A DNA stretch of 50,311 bases, counting the filler, from Catajapyx aquilonaris (taxonomy: Eukaryota): NCBI GenBank assembly GCA_000934665.2. It is 3 parts of 3 records of this genome, joined end to end, with 100 filler letters (N's around TTAATTAATTAA, not from the genome) between each part and the next. Parts side by side here need not be neighbours in the genome. Positions count along the whole stretch, not along the records: positions 33,607 to 50,311 come from JYFJ02007166.1; 2 more parts are not named here. One strand, 5' to 3'. The translations under genes were made by a program, and so were the position numbers. The notes below the pieces were generated by a model. That model was given only the letters and a program-made list of their open reading frames with translations. It was not told the DNA's origin and did not search any database. Positions 37,428-50,311 of this stretch are shown in pieces. Every line of letters starts with the position of its first letter. The stretch's first letter is position 1.

Positions 37428-38235
37428 TTCACAACACTTGTTAGGTCTAGGGCACTCATTATAATAATAATCAGTCTATGACGTTATAGGCCATTGTAGC
37501 AATGGATGGAGTCCTGCTTTTGTGCATGTGCAGAAGACATCCATAAATTCTAATATAACATAGTGATAACATTTACGTAATGTGGGATAATAATAATTCG
37601 AGTGATCAGGACACCAGCCACGACAGCAATATCGTAAGATGCCTAATCATTGATTACCAAGAAACAGACACGAAATTGGTCCGTGACATACCTCCAGTGA
37701 CATAGGATTCATGTTGTAACAGTCCATTACTCCACTTGCCCGCCCCATAGACCTTACGCTCTAAGGTCTTTGGCCCTCCCTTCTTACGTACAATACATCC
37801 TTTGGAATCCTAAAACAGCTCATGTACCCATCTATAGCATATTATACGACCATGTCATATCCAGGCTCTATCCCGTACATGGCCCAAACTTCACCATTCG
37901 GTCCAATGATTGCTTCCCCTGCCCATAAAAACCTTCCCCAAGCTTTTACACTTGATGACACCCCGATTGCCCAACTCCCAAAAAGACTGTACCCTCTCTT
38001 GACCTGACCAATATTTTGGGAGTCCTCCAGCTTTCTCTTGCTGGTTATCACTGGATTTGAGCCCCGATTTGAGAGTAATGTTGTGTATGATCACTCCCAC
38101 TGGCGTTGAATTAAATTAATTAGATTTCCATTACGTTAAAAGAACCTACGATATACCCCACTAACACCTGATATTATGAAAATGGTGCAGGCAAGGGTGG
38201 TGAGGTGACAAGTGCAAAGAGTCATTACTGGTCGT

Positions 38236-41760
<3,525 letters not shown>

Positions 41761-42234
41761 CGTCTCGGAGGATGCTGCACTTGACTCAACCAGACTGACT
41801 CCTTTCTCTCTGGAATCCAAGGGCGTGCTCCTTAAATAGTGACAATGCTGGTGACCTCAGATAAACCATTTATAGGCAGAGCCACGTGTGCTGTGGTAAG
41901 GAAATTTCATGCTCTTTGACCTTCCCTTGCTCACATGAGCATTGGCCTGGTTGTCTGGATGGGTCATGGGTCATATGATAGGGGCGTTCTCTTTATTTTT
42001 ATGCCGAGATAATAAGCAATGGATGTTTACATGATGACCTTAATCAAAGTCGGGAGGTGTATTAATCACGTGAAAACTTGTGGGCTCTTCAAGAGCATGA
42101 AAGTTAATGTTTCTCTTATTTCGCCTCCTTTTATAGTCTGACCAGCAAAGCTTTAAAAACCTACATCGCATTTAAAAGATCAGGGCTAAATAACTCAGTC
42201 AAGTCGCAGCGATTGCGGGGCTTTATCAGGATAG

Positions 42235-42430
42235 CGCTTAAGACCATCGTTCCTTGTGAACAAGTTGTCAGGATCTGCAGCGGTGGGAACGCACCCTTTC
42301 TGACGTCACCGATCCAAGATGGCGTCTCATTGAAGACATTTTCTTGCTTTTTCCTCTTCATTTTTGTAGTGTTTTTCTGTCGTTTGGACCTTACATTTGG
42401 GTTCGATTCGTCCGGATCCTGCTGAAGGGT
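42235..42430 (+). promoter_or_regulatory. Shared promoter and non-coding first exon of the IKEE-module family
   Basis: TGACGTCA (CRE, 42301), CAAGATGGCG (YY1-type), donor gctgaagg|gtgag. Homologous to 45553-45790 and 49538-49742 on the minus strand. Confidence 0.7.
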
Positions 42431-42638
42431 GAGCAGGGGGAGAGGCTGGAAAGGGCATGGGCCTCTTTATAGGTGGTTTTAAAGGAGATAAACTTAAACA
42501 AAAGATCAGCTTTGTAACCTAACTGTTGAGGTAATATTTTACAAGAAATGTTCGGTAGTAAATAGCACAATTTGTTTCAAGTTTAATCAAGTGGTACACA
42601 CAGACGCAATTGTGAAATATTGTTTATTTTGCAGCGTC

Positions 42639-43397
42639 ATGTCATCGTTGCGTATCAAGGAAGAGGCGACGGAAGAATGCGAGGCTAGCATCACCGCAGA
42701 GGAGTTGTGGACGTTTGGGGTGAAGGAGGAACCACTGGTGTGCGTCACTGACACAGCAGAAGAAGTCAAGGAGGAAGAGTCGTTGGTGACTGTGACAAGC
42801 GGGCCATTAAGCGAAGAGGAGGATCCATTGTCCGTCTCTCACAAAGCTGCAAGCTCATCCGGACATCGGTTTTTTAAGTGTGAGAGTATGGGAAGCAGTG
42901 CGGTGGATAAGTCATGCGCTCGGAGGAAATTAAGTAAATCATCTGGTGCGATGAGAAGGCGGCGTCGCGCACATGAAGATAAGCCGTATGGTTGTAAAAT
43001 ATGCAAGGAGAGGTTTAGCCTACTGATTGACTTGAGAACGCATATGATTAGGCACACCGATAGCGCAACAGGCTGTCTGTTTTGCAAACAAAAATTTAAA
43101 TCTGCGGCTCATTTGGAAACTCACATGAGGACGCACAGTCAAGAGGAGACGTTCAGTTGCTCCGTGTGCATGAGAAAGTTCATCAGCTTAACCGCACTGA
43201 AAAGTCACGTAAAAACTCACAAGTGTAATTGTCAGGATTGCAGTAGTGAAGGGCGAAATTATGTGAGTGAAACAGATCTTTTTGTATGTCAGGTTTGCAA
43301 CAGTCAGCTTATTTGCTCGTATCAACTGCAGAGTCATATGAAGAGCGTACATCCAAATGAATCGATGTACGCATTCAATCGAAATGATATGGCGTAA
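42639..43397 (+). CDS. C2H2 zinc-finger protein with acidic IKEE/VKEE module, copy 2 (252 aa)
   Basis: Near-identical to 34524-35282. The duplicated block 34365-35415 corresponds to 42488-43526. Confidence 0.88.
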   Translation: MSSLRIKEEATEECEASITAEELWTFGVKEEPLVCVTDTAEEVKEEESLVTVTSGPLSEEEDPLSVSHKAASSSGHRFFKCESMGSSAVDKSCARRKLSKSSGAMRRRRRAHEDKPYGCKICKERFSLLIDLRTHMIRHTDSATGCLFCKQKFKSAAHLETHMRTHSQEETFSCSVCMRKFISLTALKSHVKTHKCNCQDCSSEGRNYVSETDLFVCQVCNSQLICSYQLQSHMKSVHPNESMYAFNRNDMA

Positions 43398-43869
43398 GAT
43401 TGGCAAAGAATTACGAGTATGTCGGGTGACTCTGCATCACATGTCTTTAAATGAAACGACGCAGTTAGCAGTGTTGTATTATAAAATTTTGACTGTTACG
43501 GTAATTGAATATGCATCGACACCCTGACCCTGAGCGCAGTCCATGACTCTGCAACATGAAGATGACTGCGGCCTTGTTCAGAATCGTGGAAGAAACAACC
43601 CGAAATAGACCGGCCAATGGGTAGCTTTGAAAATGCTGCAATTATTTTCATGGGCATGAAAGAAAGCAAAATTTGTTTACGATGGATTAAACAGTGAAGC
43701 TGTAATGATGTAGTAGGTTAAACCAAAATTGATGCGAATGTGATAGAAAAATATACGCAATTTTAATGCACAATACATAAATTTATACATTTAATCTACT
43801 ATCATTATGTCGATTTATTTACATGTCCATAGGTGTGAACACGCGAGGAAAAAAATATGCTGTACCACA

Positions 43870-45332
43870 TTAGTAGGGATCTTGGGAAGAGGACGAGCCT
43901 CTTGAAGTTTCACTGCTGGCTCTAGCTTCCTTCAGGTCGTCGTCATTCATAAGTTGGCGAGCGAACTTGGCTCTTTCCAAATGTCTTTTGTGATCCTCTT
44001 CAAATTTTGCAAGATCATCTCCTGTTGCGGATAATGATTTTGCATGAAATTCATCGCATTTTTGGCAGGTGTCCTTCTGAGGCGGTTTGAATTTCAGATT
44101 GAAGTGCTTGTAAAACAACTGTTTGTATGACGACTTGCTGACACTTTCTCCTCCTTCAGTTTCCTTGTATGAATCATACATTTTTTGCAAGTTCAGTTCC
44201 GCACTTAAATACTCAGCTGTGCTTTCGCTGTGACAGTAATGTGGCACGTAGCGAGGGAATGTATTTATGTGGGCAATGACAGCGTGGACCTTTTGATCAG
44301 GAAGGGCATTCCAACTACCTGAGGCCTGGCCACGCTTATCCTGAAACGTGTCGCTTGCGGTTTTAGCGAGAGCCACATCGATTCTGCTCTGACTGATTTG
44401 TAAGCATTTTAAGAATGCGGACTTGCAAATCTCAATACCATGAAAGTAGTACTTTCTTGAGTTCGCACGCTTTGACTGTCCTTTCGTGTACGACCGTTTT
44501 ATTGCCATTGTCCGCACGCATTTGTTTATGTATTCGCAACGTGCTTCGTGTGACCCTAAACTCCAGAACTGATTGAACAATGTCCTGCAAACATCAACAC
44601 CAATAGCTTCCTTGCATTTCTTTTTGCAACCGCAAACAAAGTCGGCGTCAAAGATCTTGGGTTGAACAGTTACGCCTTTTGCGCTCACATACATTTCATT
44701 ATTATTCGCCCTTTTCTTCCGTTCAGTACGAGCCTGATCCGGAACCTTTCGCTTACGACCGCATCGCTGGCGTCCCGATGCCACATTTTCACTGATGAAA
44801 CTATTTCTTTCAATTGCAGTACCAGGTAGCGATGTATCCTCCACATTGTCTGCCTCACTTCCAATATCTTGCCCAGTTTCTAGGACACGACTGCTCTGTG
44901 ACTCACTTGTGCTTCCCAAAATATCACCGGATGATCTGCCATCAACGTGTCTCTCAGCCTCCATTTCCTGCTCCGTCACGTTCTCTTTCTGAAACGTCTC
45001 TTCTCCCTTAAAGTAATTGAATAATGCAATTTTTCTCTGACATCAAATTTTACAAGGCATTTCTTTTCATAGAGCAGCATTGTTCGCTGACGTACCTGAT
45101 TATGAGCGACGTTCAAGGGATCCTCCGTGTCACTCGGAAAGCTTGTCGCAGGGACCAACGACTCTTCCTCCATTACCTCCACCTTCACCTTGGTAACGGC
45201 GTCTTCGGCCGTGACAGATGCATTATCAAAGGACATCAGCGGTTCCTCCTTCACCCCCACCATCCACGTCTCCTCTATGGTGATGCTAGCCTCACCTTCT
45301 TCCTTCACCTCTTCCTTGATACGCAACGACAT
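43870..45332 (-). CDS. Fusion gene: IKEE module plus Sola1-like transposase N-terminal region (457 aa, no catalytic core)
   Basis: Exon 45332-45096 (79 codons, cag|gtacg) and exon 45006-43870 (aag|gga acceptor at the position homologous to the paralog's cag|gga), phase 0, open. Motifs CGCKKKC, FWSLG, ICKSAF...ISQSRI, DKRG, HINTFP..HY, LNLQKMY, FNLKFKPPQKDTCQKCD. Confidence 0.75.
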
Positions 45333-45552
45333 GATGCTGCAAAAAAAATAATAAGCCAGTTACGTACTACAATAAACCCCCCCAAGTGCAGACAAGTACA
45401 CCCCAATTATTTATAATATGCTTTAAAAAAAAAAATCTGTCGAGAGAATGGCAGGTTACAAAACTTGAAATTTTTGGGCAATATTTTCCCCCCCTCAGAG
45501 CAACTTATGAGGACAAAAGTATGGCCATAATCTTTCCAGCCTTTCCTCCTGC

Positions 45553-45790
45553 TTACCCTTCAGCAAGATCCGGATGAATCGAACCCAAAAGTAAGATCCA
45601 AACGACAGAAAACACTACAAAAAGAAGACGAAAAATAAATTTCTTCAAGGACGCGACGCCATCTTGGAATTGGTGACGTCATATTGGGTGCGTTCCCACC
45701 GCTGCAAAGGTCCACAAGGAACGACATCGTTCCTTGTGGACCATGGTTTGCAGCGGTGGGAACGCACCCTTCTGGTCTTAAAGCGCTATT
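45553..45790 (-). promoter_or_regulatory. Family promoter/first-exon copy containing a local fold-back duplication
   Basis: CRE and CAAGATGGCG on the minus strand, donor gctgaagg|gtaag, hairpin 45686-45769. Confidence 0.7.
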
Positions 45791-45951
45791 CTGGTGAAGC
45801 CAAGAAGTGATTTATACAAACGTGACAGAAAAAATAAATAAATAAAATAAATGCACAATTACATGATACATTTTCTCCAGTATTATTATGCCAATTTATT
45901 TCGTTTTCAGATCCACATGGGAGGAAAAAAATTAGATCACACGAAATGTGT

Positions 45952-46035
45952 TAAACGATTGAAATGTCGCTGTAAAATTGACCAGGTTCACATGTGAACG
46001 CCGTAAAAATTTTACAGCGACATTTCAATTGTTTA
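45952..46035. repeat. Hairpin/MITE-like palindrome in the 3' UTR region of the THAP gene
   Basis: attgaaatgtcgctgtaaaatt / aattttacagcgacatttcaat around gttcacatgtgaac. Confidence 0.85.
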
Positions 46036-46104
46036 CAACATGTCGTTTGAACACCTGTTCAAGCGCCTTAATTTTTCACTTTGTAATGGATCTGACGAAT
46101 AGCT

Positions 46105-49100
46105 CTAGTTCCCCAGAGCCGGAGAATGTTTGCTGTCGTGGCCGAGGACTTTCTGGCCGCTCTCCCATGTCAAGTTATGTCCATTTCGGCATCTCATGGC
46201 AACCCTCAGCGTGCTGCCATGGATGCTCTTTTCTTTCCTCACAACTGGTTGGCCGCACTCCAGGCACCTGCACAGTAACTGGTCAAGTTGCGTATTGCGA
46301 ACAAGGTGAATGGGGCTCTTCTTAGGCTGCTCTGTTCTTCTGGAGTGATTCAGAGAGTCACTAAACTCATGTGAGGTATCATCTGGCCCTCGTTGACTGG
46401 ACCCTGTCGGTATATCACAAGGAAAATAATGGGATTTCAGTACTTGGCCATAGCGTAATGAAACTATATAAAAAATTTACGACTACATTTCCTTTAGTTG
46501 CGAAACTAATATTGGTAATAATGCATTCCCCAATATTGATTGCATGCGGTATACTAGAATATCTCACCACGGTTTGGCACTTTTTTGCGTTTAGGAACAG
46601 GCTGAATGTCATCATCAGGTTGAACTTCTGTTGGGGGAATATCTGCTTGAACGGCCTTATTGGCTCTCTGCTGTATGTATGTGTTGCATTGTACGTGAAC
46701 ATCTTTAGTGGGATTATGCACGTTGCACTGTGTAGAGGCGTCTCTGGTTGTAGGTGCCTCTTCCAACTCGGATGGCTGAAAGGAATTATTAAAATTATTT
46801 AGATTAGGGCTAATTTTTCATGAGACATCATGTACCATATCCTACCTGCGTTTCAATTATGTTCATGGTGTCAGTGCAGACAGAGGGGTTTGTTCTCTTA
46901 CAATCGCTCAATCTCTCAAGGATGCCGAAATGACATTGAACATGGACACTCTTGTACGTCATGTCTCCTTCTGCGGTGATATCTACTGCGGTGATATCTT
47001 CTGCTGCGATATCCACTGCGGTGATATCTTCTGCTGCGATATCCACTGCTGCGATATCCTCTGCTGCAATCTATGATGTGCAAAGGAAGGAATTTTATAA
47101 CAAGTTTGCTAAGGGAATATCTGCATGGACTCTAAGTAATCAATGTGGTGTTTGCATGTCAGAAACTTATTCCAACTGATGTGTTAGCATAATTAATTTT
47201 TTAATAAGGGGCGGTACTAGCTAATGTAAATTGGAAGATTATTCATGATTACGCCTTGTCATTACCTTCATATTTGCGCCCCTCTTTGTACAGTACTTGT
47301 ACTTCTACTGTAAAGTTACTGGTAATATAGATCAGGAGATACGTATTTACCTGTGTGGAAGTTGCCTCATCATTACTGGAAGCTCTTATTGCGGTGTCCC
47401 TCTCTGATGTGCACTGGAATAATAATAAGCGCAGTAGGAGATAGTCTGATGCTGGTCTGATGTTTACACAAATCTGTCCGAGAATAAGCCTACCTGCAGA
47501 TTAGGAACAGCGTTGGGCTTCAGTGCCCGCCTCTTCTGATGTGGTGCGCAGGGAAATAGTGACTCCCTGTCGAAATGATCCATACACACCCGATGATTTG
47601 TCTTGGGTGCATACGTTGGAGGTAAATTCAGCGCTGCTTGCCACTGGCGCATCAAATGTGCCTTTCGACGCGGAAATGAAAAAAAAGTTCGACGATAACC
47701 CGGGTGGCTGACGTCATTGCTGCGGAGCCGACACACTACACAAAATGCACCATCGGTAGCACCGGCATCAGGATCCAGCCAACCTGCTTCCAAGTTCACT
47801 CCGATATGCCCATTCGAAACGGCTGACATCACACATGACTGACTTGATTTCCTCTTCTCATCCCGGCTAATAAACGACTTCTTTTCTGCCCCGCTTCCCA
47901 CATCATCACCTTTCAAAAATTTACGTGCAGATGACCTTCCTTCCATGTGTCTCTCAGTCTGCATTTCTTGCTCCGTCATCTCCATTTCCTCCGTGTGAAA
48001 CATCTCTTCTCCCTGAAAGACGAACACGAATATTTTAGTCACCAAGAAATCTATTGTGACATTCCAGACAACTAAATTAAGGGACAGTTTTATCAAACCA
48101 AATTAGTGAAAATCTTGGATTATTATGCACACTTAACACTATAAAATCTGAAAATCTAACAAGGGAACAATTTGAGAGAAAATAATTTTTGTATATATAT
48201 TTTTTTCTCGACAAAATTCAGAAGCGACCTTTTCAAATTAATATGGCTGCGATCCAGCAATTTAGCTCATTGTAATTATTCCTTTTCAGTGGTGTCAAGT
48301 GGTGTAATGAAATGTCTGCTTTTTTTAGTGCGATATCTGTTCCAAACAAAGGGTAGCCAACACACAGTAACGTAGTTCCAAACAAAGGGTTGCCAACACA
48401 CTGTTCCAAACAAAGGGTTGCCAACCCACAGAACCGTTCCAAACAAAAAGTTGCCAACACACTGTTCCAAACAAAGGGTTGCCGACACACTGTTCCAAAC
48501 AAAGGGTTGCCAACACTGCACTGTTCCGAACAAAGGGTTGCCAACACTGCACTGTTCCAAACAAAGGGTTGCCAACACTGCACTGTTCCAAACAAAGGGT
48601 TGCCAACCCACAGCACCGTTCCAAACAAAGGGTTGCCAACACACCGTTCCAAACGAAGGGTTGCCAACCCACAGAACCGTTCCAAACAAAAAGTTGCCAA
48701 CACACTGTTCCAAACAAAGGGTTGCCAACCCACCGTTCCAAACAAAGGGTTGCCAACCCACAGAACCGTTCCAAACAAAGGGTTGCCAACACACAGCACC
48801 GTTCCAAACAAAGGGTTGCCAACACACCGTTCCAAACAAAGGGTTGCCAACCCACAGAACCGTTCCAAACAAAGGGTTGCCAACACACAGAACCGTTCCA
48901 AACAAAGGGTTGCCAACACACTGTTCCAAACAAAGGGTTGCCAATAGGAAGCGTGTGGTAACAACAGTAAGCGGCTGACCAATCAGAGGTCTTGTACATA
49001 GACCGCAAGCATTTTATTATTATAGATTTTCATAGAGCACTTGTAGTGCTGTTCTCTGAAGTACCTGATTGATGGCTTCTTGAATGACGGACAATGGATC

Positions 49101-49313
49101 CTCCGCATCGCTTGGCTCGCTTGAAACAGCGACCAGCGACTCCTCCTCCTTTACCTCCACCTTGACATTGCTAACTGCTTCTTCGGCTGGGTAAGATGGA
49201 TTATCAAGGTGCATCTGGGGTTCCTCCTTCACCCGCAGCATCCACGTCTCCTCTGTGGTGATGCCATCGTCACCACATTCTTCCTTCACCTCTTCCTTGA
49301 TACGTAACGACAT
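46105..49313 (-). CDS. Fusion gene: IKEE module, THAP domain, TQ/VQ-motif linker and C-terminal Zn ribbon (Kolobok transposase-like N-terminus), 520 aa
   Basis: Exons 49313-49065, 48012-47494, 47413-47351, 47070-46846, 46775-46568, 46403-46105; all GT-AG, in phase, 1563 nt. THAP motifs CVVC..FFSFP..W..RVCMDHF..LKPNAVP. Last exon LV..QLDQLLCRCLECG...GSTLRVAMRCRNGHNLTWES then stop. Confidence 0.82.
48160..49026 (-). mobile_element. Helitron-like non-autonomous insertion carrying a minisatellite, in the first coding intron of the THAP gene
   Basis: Minus strand starts a|TCTATAATAATAAAA at ~49026, exactly where homology to the paralog intron (ttttcatagagca, ~45064) breaks. Candidate 3' end CTTG near 48160 with a gagaaaa/ttttctc stem. 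Confidence 0.5.
48338..48944. repeat. Minisatellite, 28-35-bp units with core gttccaaacaaagggttgccaac
   Basis: About 19-20 copies with variable linkers. Confidence 0.97.
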
Positions 49314-49537
49314 GATGCTGCAAAGTAAAGGCCAGTTAGGTACTAAACAAGCCCAATTTGTGCGCCGACAAGTACACCACATTTTTTCTGCTTGAAAAAT
49401 TCTACTATGTAACATTCCAGAGAAAAATCATGTAAATAAGTAGGTTACAAAACTGAAATTCTGGCAAGATTTTTCCCCCTCAGAGCAACTTATGAGGTCA
49501 AAAGTATGGCCCTACCCTTTCCAGCCTTTCCCCCTTC

Positions 49538-49742
49538 TCACCCTTCAGCAGAATCCGGATCAATCCAACCCAAAAGGAAGATCCAAACGACAGAATAAAA
49601 AGAAGAGGAAAAGTAGCAAATGTCTTCCAACGTGCTTCCAACGCTCAACGACGCGACGCCATCTTGGATTGGTGACGTCAGAAGGGTGCGTTCCCATCGC
49701 TGCGGTCTACTGGTCCACAAGGAACGATGGTCTTAAGCGCTA
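49538..49742 (-). promoter_or_regulatory. Family promoter/non-coding first exon of the THAP fusion gene
   Basis: TGACGTCA, CAAGATGGCG, donor gctgaagg|gtgag; colinear with the other two copies. Confidence 0.7.
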
Positions 49743-49803
49743 TTGTTGTAAGCCAAGAAGTGATTCTCACAATCGCTGCGACTCAACTTGGGGATTTTTT
49801 TTG

Positions 49804-49804
<1 letters not shown>

Positions 49805-49862
<58 letters not shown>
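49805..49862. repeat. (TAT)n microsatellite
   Basis: Seen directly in the sequence. Confidence 0.95.
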
Positions 49863-50311
49863 CCCCACTCTAGGAGTCATACTTGTAATGCTGTGTACTA
49901 TTGACCGCAAAAGTAATGTCGCGACTGTTTATGTCCTTTTGTGTTTATGTGTTGGTAATCCTGGGCGCTGCCGGGTTACGGACATGTTTATTTGGCGATG
50001 TTCCGGAATCCACAGCACTGTGATCACCGGTCACGGCCGCGGTCCCTTGGCCGCACAGTCCCGCAAGTGGTCGCACGGTCTGCGTCGCTGTTTGAGAGCG
50101 CCGCTACTTATTCGTGCAACTTATTTCTACGAGTAGTTTGGGTAATTCCATGTGAGATCATACAACTATGTTCACCCGACATTTTTTTTTTTTTTAGAAA
50201 ATCGAAATTTGGCGCTCAGGATCGTATTTTGTCAAGGTCACAGGAACATATTTTTCAAACCAGATAACCGCTATAGGTCACGAGAAATGAGCGAGATCAA
50301 AAATGGGAACT

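Noticed and set aside
48338..48944. CRISPR-like appearance of the repeat array, and long ORFs in all six frames
   Set aside because: Linkers are only ~5-12 bp and recur, there are no cas genes, and the context is a eukaryotic intron. The ORFs are a by-product of a stop-free minisatellite.

Overview
Eukaryotic, invertebrate (probably arthropod) genomic DNA. Three pieces are joined by artificial N-TTAATTAATTAA-N spacers (16583-16682, 33507-33606), so adjacency across the spacers means nothing. Piece 1 (1-16582) is a nest of decayed transposons: a Helitron-like end with 193-bp tandem repeats; a Mutator transposase with SWIM and Ulp1-protease regions, interrupted by an R1/LOA-type LINE (15-bp TSD), a ~1-kb inverted repeat and a Kolobok-type non-autonomous element; and a heavily decayed RING-bearing transposase whose motif order resembles RAG1. 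Piece 2 (16683-33506) is a UDP-glycosyltransferase cluster: one complete gene, one gene cut by the gap, one SINE-disrupted pseudogene and one inverted fragment, plus SINEs and MITEs. Piece 3 (33607-50311) holds a 6-exon fibrinogen-related gene and the most interesting feature, a family of four genes that share an acidic IKEE/VKEE-rich N-terminal exon. Three of them also visibly share a CRE/YY1 promoter and non-coding first exon. The shared exon is joined in frame to different DNA-binding parts: C2H2 arrays (2 copies), a THAP plus Zn-ribbon region resembling a Kolobok transposase N-terminus, and a Sola1-like transposase N-terminus. Both transposase-derived parts stop before the catalytic core. 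All family assignments come from motifs recognised by eye, not from database searches.
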